Shown piece after piece: positions 25,840-37,704 of a DNA stretch of 64,000 bases. Position numbers and translations under genes: made by a program. The notes beneath the pieces are model-generated. The model was not told where the DNA came from and made no database searches. It saw only the letters and a program-made list of their open reading frames with translations. Every line of letters starts with the position of its first letter. The first letter of the stretch is position 1. The DNA lies in contig CM000434.1 of NCBI GenBank assembly GCA_000165345.1, positions 64,001-128,000 on the forward strand, given 5' to 3'.

Positions 25840-28377
25840 TTAATCACTCAATCCATCAATTTTATTATCATTTTCATTAGTGTTATTACTCTCATTTAAG
25901 TGACTATTGTCATCATTTTCAAGATTATTTTGAGCTTTATTACTTGAATCATTAAAATTATCTTTTTCATTTGAATTATTACTTTTATTTGTATTATTAT
26001 CATCTTTATTATCCAATTTATTAATTTTTTCTTCATTATTTAATGCTGCTCTCTTTTTTAATATTTTTAATCCAACCCTATAATTTTGTATATACATTGA
26101 TCTATATAATTTTGAAAGTCTAGAATCAAAATGGCAAATTCTCTTACATATTAATAATGCATGTGATGGTCTTCCACCTGGCACTAAAGCAATACTTGTT
26201 TTCTCCCAATTTTTTGTACATTTTGGATCCAAATATTCTGGTTCGCATACACACCAATGGCTTAACATACCTAAAGAATTAATAATAATATTTTGTAATT
26301 TCTCCAAACCACTCAATTCTTCTTCTAATCTTTTTAAATAATTATTGATGTATTCAGTTTTATCAATATATGCATTATTTAAATTATTAATTTCTTCTTC
26401 AGCTTTATTAATAGAACAATTTAAGTGAGCATTTTTTTCTATCAAAAATTTTAATTTATATGATAAATGAAGTCTTTCGCTTTTTTCATTTTCATACTTT
26501 TTTTTTTCTTCACTAATTTGATTATCCATTTTTTTAATAAAAGATTGTAACATAACAGGATTATTATAAAATAACTCTAATGAATATTCTTTTTCATCCT
26601 TATATTCTTTTAATATTTTACTTCTTAAATTAATTCTCAAGTTTCTTTTCTTTTCATAGTATTCTTCTAAGCTTTCTGTATAATTATTATTATTATCTAA
26701 ATTACCAAACTTATTAACTGTTTTTGGCATTCTCAATCTACCCAAATTTTGTTCCTCTCTTCTTTCTTCCTTAATAATCTTTTCATCATCATCATCAATT
26801 TCTGCACCGGCATTTAATAACATATTTAACATTCTATTAAAATACGAACTATCAGTTCCATTTTTATTTTTTTCCTGTTTTTTTGTATTATTACTAGAGT
26901 TTGTTAAAGCATTTCTTAAATTTTCCCTTTTTTCAAGGTAAGCTTCATTTTCTGATTTTTCTTCTTTTTCATCAGTTTCACTATCATTACTTTCACTATC
27001 ATCAGTTTCACTATCATCAGTTTCACTATCATCGCTTTCACTATCATCACTATTATTATTATTATCAACTTCAAGTTTATCTTGATCATTCTCTTGATTA
27101 TCAATTTTATTATTATTATTTTCTTGTAACTTTTCTTTTAATTGAGTATCACTATCTATATCTTTGATATCAGCTTGATCAATGGGAACATTTTTTCTTT
27201 TTGATTTTTCTTTTTCAATAATTCCATCTAATACATTATCTGTTTCATCATAATCACAATATCCGAATAAATTCGAATCAAATAATATATCAAATCTTCT
27301 AAAATCATTCCTTGTATGTAAATCTCTAGCTTCATCATCTTGATCACTATTTTCAAGTGATGAATGAAAAATATTATCTTTTGAATTTACACAAGAATCT
27401 TCAGAAATTATCTTTTTATTTTTTAACTTTAACTTATTCTTTTTTAACCACTTCTTAAATTTTTTATAGTTGTGTTTTTCCTTAACAAAATCAATAATAT
27501 TTGTATCACATTTTATTTCATTTAAATATTGTCTTAAATATATATTATCTTCTTCCTTAAATTTCTCTTTTAACTCGTGTTCTGATATTAGTTCGCCAAT
27601 TACAGGAATCTTGTAACATGATTGATTTTCATTATCACTTTCCATTTCACTTTTTGTTTCATTATCATATTTACAAATTTCAATATTTTCATCAATTTCA
27701 TCTTTTCTAGTATGATCATTAGTACTAATTGACTCACCTTTTCTTACTACTCTTAGTTTTCTAGTAAAATCTCGTTCTTTTAAAACATTATTAATTGATG
27801 GAGGATTCCATTTTATTACTGTTTCTTCAATATTATTATATTGAAAATTTAAAAAAGGAAACCCTTTTTCTGATTTTATATGAATATTTCGTATTTCAAT
27901 ATCATTTTTTTCTCTAATTTGCTCGTTATTTTCTTCCATATCACTATTTTCTCCATCAATATATTGATTTTCATTTTCATGATTATTTTTACCAAAGCTT
28001 ATTTTTCTTTCAATTTTTGTTTTAATTTCTGGAAGGTCTTCATCAACCATTTTTTTTAACCAGTTCTTTTGTTTATCAATATTACGAAGATTTACCCTTT
28101 CATCAATACATTCTTCTAACTTATAGTTAATTTCTCTCCATAATTTCTTTTCATTGTTCTTTACTGATTGCTCTAAATCTGTTCTTTCTATCTCCTCCTT
28201 TTGTTTATTAATTAAATCATTTCTTACATTTTCATTAAGTATTGTTACTGTCGGCTTCTCAAAATAATGTGAAACTTGGATATATCGTAATAAACTTTTT
28301 CCCAATGTAGTTTTTTCACTATTTGATAAGCTATACCTTCTTGGTATTTTATTATTTATTTTATAATAATTTTTCAT
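25840..28377 (-). CDS. Large charged coiled-coil protein (845 aa) with acidic Ser/Asp/Glu repeats and a C-terminal Cys/His cluster; function unknown
   Basis: ATG at 28377. K/E-rich, heptad-like sequence throughout. An in-frame 15-nt tandem repeat at about 26971-27050 encodes SDDSETDDSETDDSESNDSETDE. C-terminal …LSHWCVCEPEYLDPKCTKNWEKTSIALVPGGRPSHALLICKRICHF… No family assigned. Confidence 0.5.
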   Translation of the reverse strand: MKNYYKINNKIPRRYSLSNSEKTTLGKSLLRYIQVSHYFEKPTVTILNENVRNDLINKQKEEIERTDLEQSVKNNEKKLWREINYKLEECIDERVNLRNIDKQKNWLKKMVDEDLPEIKTKIERKISFGKNNHENENQYIDGENSDMEENNEQIREKNDIEIRNIHIKSEKGFPFLNFQYNNIEETVIKWNPPSINNVLKERDFTRKLRVVRKGESISTNDHTRKDEIDENIEICKYDNETKSEMESDNENQSCYKIPVIGELISEHELKEKFKEEDNIYLRQYLNEIKCDTNIIDFVKEKHNYKKFKKWLKKNKLKLKNKKIISEDSCVNSKDNIFHSSLENSDQDDEARDLHTRNDFRRFDILFDSNLFGYCDYDETDNVLDGIIEKEKSKRKNVPIDQADIKDIDSDTQLKEKLQENNNNKIDNQENDQDKLEVDNNNNSDDSESDDSETDDSETDDSESNDSETDEKEEKSENEAYLEKRENLRNALTNSSNNTKKQEKNKNGTDSSYFNRMLNMLLNAGAEIDDDDEKIIKEERREEQNLGRLRMPKTVNKFGNLDNNNNYTESLEEYYEKKRNLRINLRSKILKEYKDEKEYSLELFYNNPVMLQSFIKKMDNQISEEKKKYENEKSERLHLSYKLKFLIEKNAHLNCSINKAEEEINNLNNAYIDKTEYINNYLKRLEEELSGLEKLQNIIINSLGMLSHWCVCEPEYLDPKCTKNWEKTSIALVPGGRPSHALLICKRICHFDSRLSKLYRSMYIQNYRVGLKILKKRAALNNEEKINKLDNKDDNNTNKSNNSNEKDNFNDSSNKAQNNLENDDNSHLNESNNTNENDNKIDGLSD

Positions 28378-28840
28378 TTTAAATTTAATTTAACTTTCTC
28401 TGTTTGAATCCAATTCTATCCTTTATTTAAATAAACTTTATTTGATTTAACTTTTTTTTTTTAATTAGTAATTAACTTATCAATACTTCATAATTTAAAT
28501 CTTGATTTGATTTTATTTTTAGTCCCACAATTATCAAAATATTCTGAAATGCACCTTTAAAAATTAAAATTAAACTTTTTTTTTCTTTTAAAAAAAATTA
28601 ATTCCCTTAACTACGATTCATATTATTCCAGCTTTTTTTTTCAATCAAATTTTTTTTGATTGCACACAAATCAAAATGTGCTTACCTTTAATATCTTTTC
28701 ATTCATTTTTTTTCACCAATTTTAGTAATATATCGTATTAAAATTATTATTAATTAAAAATACTGATGTAATCAAAATTTAACATTAATTTTTTCTAGCT
28801 TAATTTAAAATAAAATTATTGTAAATAACTTTAATTAATT

Positions 28841-28929
28841 TTACACGTCATTTTATTACATGCATGTAATTTTTTTTCCACATGAGAATAATAACAAAAT
28901 TTAATGAAAAAATTGGAAAATACCGGTAT
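28841..28929. promoter_or_regulatory. Motif cluster: TTACACGTCAT, CATGCATG, CCACATGAG, ATACCGGTATATAG; about 460-550 bp upstream of the ATG of the 845-aa coiled-coil gene
   Basis: Motifs read directly from sequence at 28841-28851, 28859-28866, 28877-28885 and 28920-28931. Confidence 0.35.
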
Positions 28930-29301
28930 ATAGTAATGTATTTATTATATTTATGAAAATAGAATTATTAGAGAAGTAAATAATATTTCATTAGAAAAAT
29001 AGATTTTGAAAATAAATATAAGCACACACATAAATATATATATATATTTCTTTAAGTTAACTAAATGATCAAAAATTTAATGTATAACTCATCTAAAATA
29101 CAGTCTAAAGATGATGACTGAGTAATTTAATAACTTGGGTAATTTACTAATGAAGAAAATTAATAATTAAAATAAAAAAAAAGTTATTTATCTAATAATT
29201 ATAAGTTTTTTAGCAGCTTAGCCTAAAAAAGCTAGATAATCAATAAAAAAATATATTTATATATATATATATTTATTGCTTTATTTAACATATTTCAATC
29301 A

Positions 29302-30285
29302 TTACTCTGCAGGTCTTTTTTTGCTCCTTGCATTAAATGCGGTGTTGGCGCCCGGATTCATATTGTTTGGCGGTAATCCAGGGTGGTGCATAATTTGATG
29401 AGAAGGTATTGGAGGTGGAATATGCGAATGATGAGGGATATGATGAGGAAAGTTGTTGAACATGTGCTGTTGATGATAAATATTTGGATGACCTGGAATT
29501 GGTGGATTTAAGTGTGGTGGGGGTGGAGGTGGGAAATAAATCATATTTGATGGGAACCCTGTTATAGGTGGTGGTGGCGGTAAATTATTCATCATCTTAA
29601 TATTTGGATTTGGTAAACCAGTATTTGAATTATTAATATTTAAATTTGCATTCACATTATTTGAGTTAGAAATACCAGATGTTATTGTACTCTTGTTTAG
29701 TAAATCATCACTTGTTTCAATGTTTTGTTTTTTAATACGTTCCCATCTTATACCTAATTGTCTAATAATATATTCTTTAAATGTTTTTTCTGTAAAGCCA
29801 TAATTAAACCAAGGTGAAACATCCAGTAATCTACTCCAAGGCCTTAACTCTGGATTATTATCCCAAACCATTTGAAGATTTTTACATGGATTTTCTTCTG
29901 TAGCTGTATCTTCATTGTCAATATATATTGTATTAGAAACATTTAAGGCATGCAAATTTTGGTCTCCTGTATTCATTTTTTGATTATTTATATTCGAAGA
30001 GTTACCATTACTTGCTCCTGTATTTCCAGGTTTGCAATCCGTCATTCCTTTCTTCAAAACATCTGAAGCCGGATTAATTGAATTGTCTACTTCATTATCA
30101 CCACCTGTTGAACTTATTTTATCATTCAATTTTGAAAAATCTTTTAATCCTCCTTCTTCATTTCCTCCGCAAATTAAAAATGTTATATCTTCATCATCAT
30201 CTTCATTATCATTCTCATCATAATCTTCATTCTTTGTTCCATTATTATTCTTTGAAATATTATCTTCCAAATTACTCCCACTCAT
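29302..30285 (-). CDS. Pre-mRNA 3'-end processing factor Fip1-like protein
   Basis: ATG at 30285. Contains the Fip1 signature block (LRPWSRLLDVSPWFNYGFTEKTFKEYIIRQLGIRWERIKKQN versus the conserved Fip1 motif RPW…D.SDYFNYGF.E.TW..Y). Acidic N-terminus and Pro/His-rich C-terminus are as in Fip1 orthologues. Confidence 0.65.
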   Translation of the reverse strand: MSGSNLEDNISKNNNGTKNEDYDENDNEDDDEDITFLICGGNEEGGLKDFSKLNDKISSTGGDNEVDNSINPASDVLKKGMTDCKPGNTGASNGNSSNINNQKMNTGDQNLHALNVSNTIYIDNEDTATEENPCKNLQMVWDNNPELRPWSRLLDVSPWFNYGFTEKTFKEYIIRQLGIRWERIKKQNIETSDDLLNKSTITSGISNSNNVNANLNINNSNTGLPNPNIKMMNNLPPPPPITGFPSNMIYFPPPPPPHLNPPIPGHPNIYHQQHMFNNFPHHIPHHSHIPPPIPSHQIMHHPGLPPNNMNPGANTAFNARSKKRPAE

Positions 30286-31525
30286 TTAATTAATTACGTT
30301 TTTAATAATCCTCAATATTATTCAGATTGTTTAATTCTCTATGAATCTATAGAAATATTACATCTCAATTCTCAATATTAATTTTTACCCTATTTAATTT
30401 TTTTTTTTCAAATAAAGCGAAAGAAATTCAAATTAATTTATTTATATACAAAATACATGAATTAATATTATTAACATAAACACATTTGCAATCCGCAAAT
30501 TTTTAGTCACTTTTAAATATTAACTTTGTAAATATTTAATATACATTTATTTTAGAATGATTATTAGTAGATTATTTTTTTTCTCATATAATTTTTATTA
30601 ATTACATATAAGCCTAGTCAATTTATTATTTTATTTGTATTATTATTTTTTTTCCACTAAATTATATATTTATACTAATTATATCAATTTATTTCATTAT
30701 TAAACTATTATTAATTAAATACTATGCTATTTAAAATATAAATATTAATATTTATATTATTATTATTAGTATTAATATATCATTAATGCTATTATTATTA
30801 TTTCTATTGTTATTATTGTTATTAATATTATTATTATTATTATATTGTTATCATTATTTATTATTAAAAATAACTTATATTATAATATAATAATTCTTAA
30901 AATATATTAACTATAATTATTCATTACTCTGATTTATCACATAGCTTACTTATTTAAAAAATTCATTATGATATATATATTTAATAGTCTATATGTTTTA
31001 AAAGACTACGTATAGTCAAAATGATTAAATTGAAAAATGCGCGGGCTTTTATTCATATTAGACTTTAATAATAAACTTTAGCTAAGAATAATTTTGGACT
31101 TGTAAATATTTAAGGTAAAGTAAGAAAAAAGGAAAGGAAAGGAAAGGGAAAAAAAAGATAAAAATACTTATATATAAAAAAAATAAAAAAGTCGAATAGT
31201 AGACAAATAGAAAAAATAGTTGGAATTAGAAATATAAAATTTATATATATATAAATATTACGCGTAGTACGAATCTGAAATATTGCTACGTTTTCTGGTG
31301 AATAGGTTAAGAATCTCTTTGAAAATAAATAGTCTAATTGCCAGATAGGAGGAGAACCATTCTGAATTAGCAAGAAGGATAGATAAAAGCAAAGTAGAAA
31401 AAAATATACAGAATATATTTAAGTCAAATTTAACCACAAGAGATTAGAATTATATACTAATATTGAGAAACTCTGAATAATTAAGTAATATAATTAACAA
31501 AAGGTTTCTGAGACTTATCAGTAAG

Positions 31526-32314
31526 ATGGATTCAGTTAACCAGATTGGATTGGATGAATCATTTAGCAATGAATTAAAGGATACTAAGATGGCAAATAAT
31601 CCAAATTTATCGAGAAGTGATATTATTTCAGGACCAACAAATTCAGGAGCTAATAATAATAACAATAATAATGTTGGCGCCACCAATTCTTCTTCATCTT
31701 CATCTGGACTTTCTGGGACACCCAGTGCTATTGGAACTAATCTTTTTGATTTAAGTGATAACAAATCTTTGAATGATGAATCAAATAAAAATGTTGGAGA
31801 AAGTATGATGGATACTGATTTACCAGGATCAGCTGATGATGAGGAAATGAAAAGATCAATATATATTGGAAATGTTGATTATGGCACTAAATTAACAGAA
31901 TTACAAGATTTATTTAAAAGTTGTGGAAGTATTAACAGAATTACAATAATGAATGATAAAAGAACAGGAATGCCAAAAGGATTTGCTTACTTGGAATTTT
32001 GTGAACCTGAAGCTGTCGAGACTGCTTTAAAATTTGATGGAGCTATGTTTAGAGGTAGACAAATTAAGGTTTCAACAAAAAGAAAGAACATACCAGGATA
32101 TAATAGAGGAAGAGGAATGGGACCAGGTGGTGGATTTAGAGGAGGTATGGGAAGAGGTGGATTTAGAGGGGGTTACTCTAGAGGAGGAATGATGTCTGGA
32201 GGTCATGGACCTAATATGCGTGGTTATTATGGTAATCCTTATAAATCTTATAGGGGAGGAGGAGGTGGAGTTGGAGGTTATTCAGGTAATAGACATATTG
32301 TGAATCCTTATTGA
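31526..32314 (+). CDS. Nuclear poly(A)-binding protein 2 (PABPN1/PABP2)-like: single RRM plus RGG/RG-rich C-terminus
   Basis: ATG at 31526. RRM block [81 protein letters not shown] closely parallels the PABPN1 RRM ([20 protein letters not shown]…GFAYIEF…[13 protein letters not shown]). The C-terminus is Gly/Arg-rich ([20 protein letters not shown]). Confidence 0.75.
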   Translation: MDSVNQIGLDESFSNELKDTKMANNPNLSRSDIISGPTNSGANNNNNNNVGATNSSSSSSGLSGTPSAIGTNLFDLSDNKSLNDESNKNVGESMMDTDLPGSADDEEMKRSIYIGNVDYGTKLTELQDLFKSCGSINRITIMNDKRTGMPKGFAYLEFCEPEAVETALKFDGAMFRGRQIKVSTKRKNIPGYNRGRGMGPGGGFRGGMGRGGFRGGYSRGGMMSGGHGPNMRGYYGNPYKSYRGGGGGVGGYSGNRHIVNPY

Positions 32315-33383
32315 ATATACTTATGGTTATTATTCGTCTCTTTTCCTTTAAGAGAAATATCTTAATATTATTTTCTTTATTTTGGGTTAAAATTTTATAA
32401 TTAAAAATGATGATATACATATGGTCAGGACTATTTCTACTTTAAAGAGAATATTTTATTGATTTATATTAATATGAGGAATTATTGATATGTAAATATA
32501 AAGAAAATTTTTTTTTTTACTAAAACTATTATTTTGTTATTATATGTTAACTAATTGGAAAAATGAAAGAATTAATTAATACGTAAATTAATGGAAGAAT
32601 ATATATATATAGTAATATAATTTAAGAAATTTATTGAAGGGGTACTCTTATGAATATAAATGATTAGATTAAATTAAATTAAAATAAATTAAAATTAAAA
32701 AAATGAGTGGGACATTTTTTCTTTTAATTCACTACAAATGTAGTTTCCCGAAAATTGATTATATTATCCCACTATACTACCANCCAATGTTTCTGGCATT
32801 CCTTTAGTACATTATTTCTCACTTTATTAATATTACTATTGATAATTATATTATTATTAACATTTATTCATTTGATGATTTATTATAATTAATACTTGTT
32901 ATTACCTCTTCTTTTTTATTCTTTATTCATCTTTTTTGTACATTTATTTCTTTTTGGATATATTCAATTCTTCGAAAATAATGAGTAAATGCTAAATGAA
33001 TTTCCCTTAAATTAATTATGATTAATAAATAATAATAATAATAATAATAATAATAGGATATATGAATAAATTAATAAAGAAACTCCCAGTAATAAAGGTA
33101 AAAAGAAGATATTAAAGTCAAAGTTTATTATTATTTTCTTCTCTTATCTTTTGAGATAAATAGATTCAATTAAGTACTTGAATGAATGAATATAATTAAA
33201 TTTGTATAAGAGAAAATATGGGACTTATTGATATTAATAATATATTAATAGTTATAAATTGAGAAATTTTTAAATTGATTAATAAAAATAATTGAATAAA
33301 TAATCATTCAGATTCTTGAAACCCAATATCTCTCTTTATTTAACAAGCAATTTAAAATTTAATATATTAAATAAGAGCTTTCA

Positions 33384-34517
33384 TTATAATTCTTGTACTT
33401 TCCAATAATCAGAAATGAGTGATTTAACAAATTTAGGCTGATAAGAGTCTCTATTAGAAATCTTAGTTCTAAATAAGAACACAGATACTGTCAAAAATAT
33501 CCATACTGTAAGAAGAATTGAAGTTGAGTAGTAATTAAAATGAAGTTGTGATGGTATATAAAAGAAACTGAGCATATCAAAAGGAGATGTTGTAAAAATT
33601 CCAAGTACATATAACATTTGACTGATAAATGATACAATTGGGAAAGTTAATATAAATGAAGATATACTTTGAGTATATTTTTGTAAATTAGAAATTTCTT
33701 CATCAGTTTGCTTTTCATTTCCAGCGACTTTTTTTAGACTTGATGGTAAAATAAAATATATTATAGAAGTAATGCAAATAACAATAATAATATAAAATAA
33801 TTTGAGTGCCATAACAAATAATGTTAGATTCTGAAATTGATAACCAAATATATTTGATATTCTCATTAATAATGCACCACCCAATCCTGTATATAATGGA
33901 TTAATAGAATAATTAGGGATTCCTGCTAATAATTGGTAGATTAAATTTGAAACCAAAAAACAAAAGAATAATATTGATACAAAAGGCATTTCTCTAACTT
34001 TTGTTAGCTTTAATGTACTATATATATTTGCAAAACCAATAATAGTCGAAAATATAATTGCCATTATATCAGAAATTAATCCTCCAAAAATCATCATTCC
34101 CATAGTAAAACCAAAAACGCCACTAATACATCCAAATTGTGCAAAAATTAAATCTCCAGTATCTCCAAATAATGATAAAGTTATGAATGGAACCACTAAT
34201 AGTGATAACATTACAGTCATAAATCTACTCATTGTTAGTGATAAATATTGATAATTCAATTCTGGTATTCTCATCATTGGATTCAAGTATTTTTTGGATA
34301 ATTCCTCCAATTTTGAATGATTTGTTCTCATTTTTTGAGCTGGAAATCTTGGATATCTTATTGGAGTTTTTGTCTCGGTTACAATAGGAACTTGAGGCGC
34401 ATTATTATTTAACAATATATATTCATTATTTCGATTCAATTCATTTCTTCTTATATCTCCTTTTACATACGCAATTAATAACAATATTTGAATTAAAAAG
34501 AATATCTTTATTTTCAT
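33384..34517 (-). CDS. Multi-pass membrane protein with N-terminal signal peptide; family unknown
   Basis: Supplied ORF begins with TTG at 34541. First ATG is at 34517 and gives MKIKIFFLIQILLLIAYVKG (signal-like). About 8 or more hydrophobic helices follow. No family recognised. Confidence 0.5.
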   Translation of the reverse strand: MKIKIFFLIQILLLIAYVKGDIRRNELNRNNEYILLNNNAPQVPIVTETKTPIRYPRFPAQKMRTNHSKLEELSKKYLNPMMRIPELNYQYLSLTMSRFMTVMLSLLVVPFITLSLFGDTGDLIFAQFGCISGVFGFTMGMMIFGGLISDIMAIIFSTIIGFANIYSTLKLTKVREMPFVSILFFCFLVSNLIYQLLAGIPNYSINPLYTGLGGALLMRISNIFGYQFQNLTLFVMALKLFYIIIVICITSIIYFILPSSLKKVAGNEKQTDEEISNLQKYTQSISSFILTFPIVSFISQMLYVLGIFTTSPFDMLSFFYIPSQLHFNYYSTSILLTVWIFLTVSVFLFRTKISNRDSYQPKFVKSLISDYWKVQEL

Positions 34518-34625
34518 ACTTTTTAAATACCTCCCTAACAATTCTTATTTTTATTTTTTATTGGCTTCCTAGTTTATTTTCTTCTTTTAATTAATATTAA
34601 TTATTAATTAAAAAAATTATTATTA

Positions 34626-34808
34626 TTACGTCATGTGGACAATATTTTTTCTTGACAATTCAATTTAGAAAAAATGCAAGATATTTTATCAATACCGGTG
34701 TTTACATGCAATTTTATAGTCAGTTTTGCCATACCGGTCTGAAATAATGATTGAGGGGGTGGGGGGTAGGAAGGGTTGGAAGTTCATTTTATTTTTTTTG
34801 CATGCAAG
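34626..34808. promoter_or_regulatory. Densest motif cluster, in the divergent intergenic region between 33384..34517(-) and 35350(+): TTACGTCATGTGGACAATATT, ATACCGGT x2, ACATGCAA, G-run GAGGGGGTGGGGGGTAGG, TGCATGCAAG
   Basis: ttacgtcatg 34626-34635; catgtggacaatatt 34632-34646; ACCGGT 34694-34699 and 34733-34738; G-box-like run 34753-34770; tgcatgcaag 34799-34808. A second cluster in the same intergenic region at 35085-35216 (GCATGCACATTTGGGCGCC, ACACCGGTAT, TACGTAAT). Confidence 0.4.
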
Positions 34809-35349
34809 TATAGATTGGAATTAATGATTTTATTATTAATGTTATTATTTTAGATATTTTTAAGTATTTCTATTTCAACATTTTTATAGTTTATTTTTTA
34901 ATTTGATATGATTAGTTATAATAATTAGGATATTAATTATAAATATATATAATATATTTTTTTTTTATTTAATTACAATAATTTTTCTTCCTTTCCAATT
35001 GTTTAATTTTCATTTTTTCTAAACCCTCACTACCTTAATGTCAAATCATTACCTATTTAATTATTCAGTTATTAATCAATTAAAGCATGCACATTTGGGC
35101 GCCATAATTTGTTAGTAATTTGTTTAACGCAATAAACACCGGTATATATAAATTATACGTAATATGTATATTTAATGTAAATTAAAAAAAATATATGTTA
35201 CATAGTCATGTAAATGCTGTTTTTTTTAATAAAAGTTATCAAGGGTGGTACATTTATGATCCAATTAAAAATACAATTATTTACATTTATATGTTGTTTT
35301 AATATTATTATTAATTAATTTATTCATATTAAGCCATTTAGTAATAATA

Positions 35350-35928
35350 ATGAAAAGAAAGAATATATTATTTAACTTGATAATTTTCTGTTTTTCAATA
35401 ATGCAAGTTATTCTTGGAAAAAAAGTAAATATTTTAATAGACGATATGGGAACTATTCATAAAGAAACTTTGTTAGATATGAACAATAAAAATATTAATA
35501 CTGATACAAATATTAATAATAATGGTAATAGTATTAGTAATTGGAAAGGAAGTTTAATGGATTTAAAAGATCCATTAAATAGTTCAGAAAATAATAGAAA
35601 ACTTGATCAAGACAATAGTATTATATGTGAATGTAAAATAATGGTAAGTAAATGTAAATATTCAATATTAATTAAATTAACTTAATTAAAATCTAATATA
35701 TATATTCTATAGAATAAATGTATTCCATATAAAGATTGTTATGGATTAGCATGGATTACTACAACTTTAATGTTAATAATAATAATAATAATAGGATATA
35801 CTGTTCAGTATTTATCATTAGTCCCACATGAATATCTTTCAGAAAGAAATAATTCGAGAGAAAATAAATTTTGTGGAATAGTATTAACAAATTATGAACT
35901 TGTTGAGCCTGTACATCCAAATAATTAA
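35350..35928 (+). CDS. Small secreted/single-pass protein; 2 exons (35350..35643, 35713..35928)
   Basis: ATG 35350 (MKRKNILFNLIIFCFSIMQVILG = signal). GTAAGT donor at 35644 and TATAG acceptor ending at 35712. Exon 2 encodes NKCIPYKDCYGLAWITTTLMLIIIIIIGYTVQYL… (TM) and ends at TAA 35926-35928. Confidence 0.45.
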
Positions 35929-36067
35929 CAAAAATTGAGTTTATATAAATTCTCCACACTTTTTTGAAAATATAAATATATCTAAGATATTATATTTACA
36001 TATTAGTTGTAACTTTAAATAAATAATTATAATTATAGTTAATTTATTTCCAATATTTAGTTTACTC

Positions 36068-37669
36068 ATGAAATTTAAGATATTTACTAAAAGTAGATCA
36101 AATTCAAGAATTCATACTCCAAAACTTATTGAAGAAAGTTTTTTTGATATTTATAAAGATGATTTATTTAAAAACCAATTAATAACAATTAATGCAGTTT
36201 TAGAATCTGATGATGATTTTTTTGAAGAAGAAGAAGAGGAAGATATTTATTATAATAATGATTATAACTTGGAGGAAAATTCAAAAGATTTATGGATTAA
36301 ATTAAATGAATTGAAGATAGAGGAATGTACTGAAGATGATTTGAATGAAAATAAATTAATTTCAAAAGAAATTCAGGATAATAATAATAATGATTTAACC
36401 AGAAATAAAAAAAAAGATGATTTTCTTGAATATAAAGAATTACTTGATAAAATAAATCCAGAATTTGAAACAAGTATAGTTAAATTAAATGAAGAAGATG
36501 AAATTAACCAATTAAGAACTTCAATATTTAAAAAATTGGATATATTAGAGAATGAAGTAATGAAAATAAGAAGTCAAAATGTTATTCCAACAACAATGAA
36601 AAATGAATTATATCACAGTAATATTGATATAAATATTCAAGATATATTGAGTAATATAGGTAAACAATTTATTGATGGTTTAAATAATATTATAGAAACT
36701 GGCCATTCAAAAATATTTAAAAAATATTCTCTGAAATTGAATGATATAAAGGGTATTATTAATGAATATAACCAGAATGAAATGAATAAAATAATTAACC
36801 AAATTGAAAATCAATCAGAATTATTAAAAAATAATAATAATGATAATATTATTACTTATGAAACATTAAATAATGTATTTCAATATGATACTCCAATTAA
36901 AGGTATAGGATACTGGTATGAACAAGGAATGAATAATACAATGGATGATCGTTGGTTTATTTCAAAATTATCGAGTGGATCTTTTTTTGGTATATTAGAT
37001 GGATATAATGGTAGTAATATAACATCACAACTTGAAAATCTTATAGTTACAGAATTGGATACAAATCTTGATAATGAAATTTGTTTAAATAAAAATAATT
37101 TAGCCAAAATCTTCTTAAAAACAATGCTAGCAATTGATAAAAAGATACTAGTAAATTTACCAAAAGAATCTTTAAATGTTGGTTCAGGCTTAATTTCATG
37201 TTTTATTTTTTATTCAGAAACTGATGATCAATATGTATTATTTTCTTGTAATTTGGGTAATTGTAAAGGTTTTCTTTCAAGAAATAATGAGATAATAAAA
37301 TTTCATAATGAAAATTTTATTAATAGTAATAATAATGAAAATATTGTAAATAGTGCAATAGGATTTGGTTTTTATAAACCTCCATTAAAAAATAAGTTTG
37401 AAGTTGATAATGTACCACAAGTAATTAGTATTGATTTATTTTCTGATTCTGATAAATTTATTATAATTGCAACTGATAGTATTTGGCAAGTTTTTCAAGA
37501 AGAAGAATTAAATGATATGGCAACATGTATATTAAATGAGGTTTATTCAAAATATCCAACACTTAATAAACAAATAATTTCAACAATAATTTCACATTCC
37601 ATTGTAACAGAATCTTTGCTTAGAGGTGTAACTGATAATCAAATTTGTATGGTGGTATTATTAAATTAG
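36068..37669 (+). CDS. PP2C-fold (PPM) domain protein, probably catalytically inactive (pseudophosphatase); N-terminal acidic/coiled region
   Basis: C-terminal half carries PP2C landmark blocks in order, but with substitutions at metal-binding positions: FGILDGYNGS (canonical FGVFDGHGG), SGLISCFIF (GSTA), SCNLGNCKGFL (ANxGDSRAVL), SAIGFGFYKP (ALGDFxYK), FIIIATDSIWQV (LILACDGLWDV), DNQICMVVLL (DNITVIVV). Confidence 0.6.
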   Translation: MKFKIFTKSRSNSRIHTPKLIEESFFDIYKDDLFKNQLITINAVLESDDDFFEEEEEEDIYYNNDYNLEENSKDLWIKLNELKIEECTEDDLNENKLISKEIQDNNNNDLTRNKKKDDFLEYKELLDKINPEFETSIVKLNEEDEINQLRTSIFKKLDILENEVMKIRSQNVIPTTMKNELYHSNIDINIQDILSNIGKQFIDGLNNIIETGHSKIFKKYSLKLNDIKGIINEYNQNEMNKIINQIENQSELLKNNNNDNIITYETLNNVFQYDTPIKGIGYWYEQGMNNTMDDRWFISKLSSGSFFGILDGYNGSNITSQLENLIVTELDTNLDNEICLNKNNLAKIFLKTMLAIDKKILVNLPKESLNVGSGLISCFIFYSETDDQYVLFSCNLGNCKGFLSRNNEIIKFHNENFINSNNNENIVNSAIGFGFYKPPLKNKFEVDNVPQVISIDLFSDSDKFIIIATDSIWQVFQEEELNDMATCILNEVYSKYPTLNKQIISTIISHSIVTESLLRGVTDNQICMVVLLN

Positions 37670-37704
37670 AATATATTTACTTGAAATATAATTTAGAATT
37701 TTAA

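Noticed and set aside
28515-28600. TCCCACAAT at 28522-28530 resembling the Dictyostelium ncRNA upstream element (DUSE, [AT]CCCA[CT]AA) about 60 nt before a possible small-RNA start
   Set aside because: It is a single 8-mer hit with no recognisable class-I RNA stem or other ncRNA signature downstream. It cannot be supported from sequence alone.
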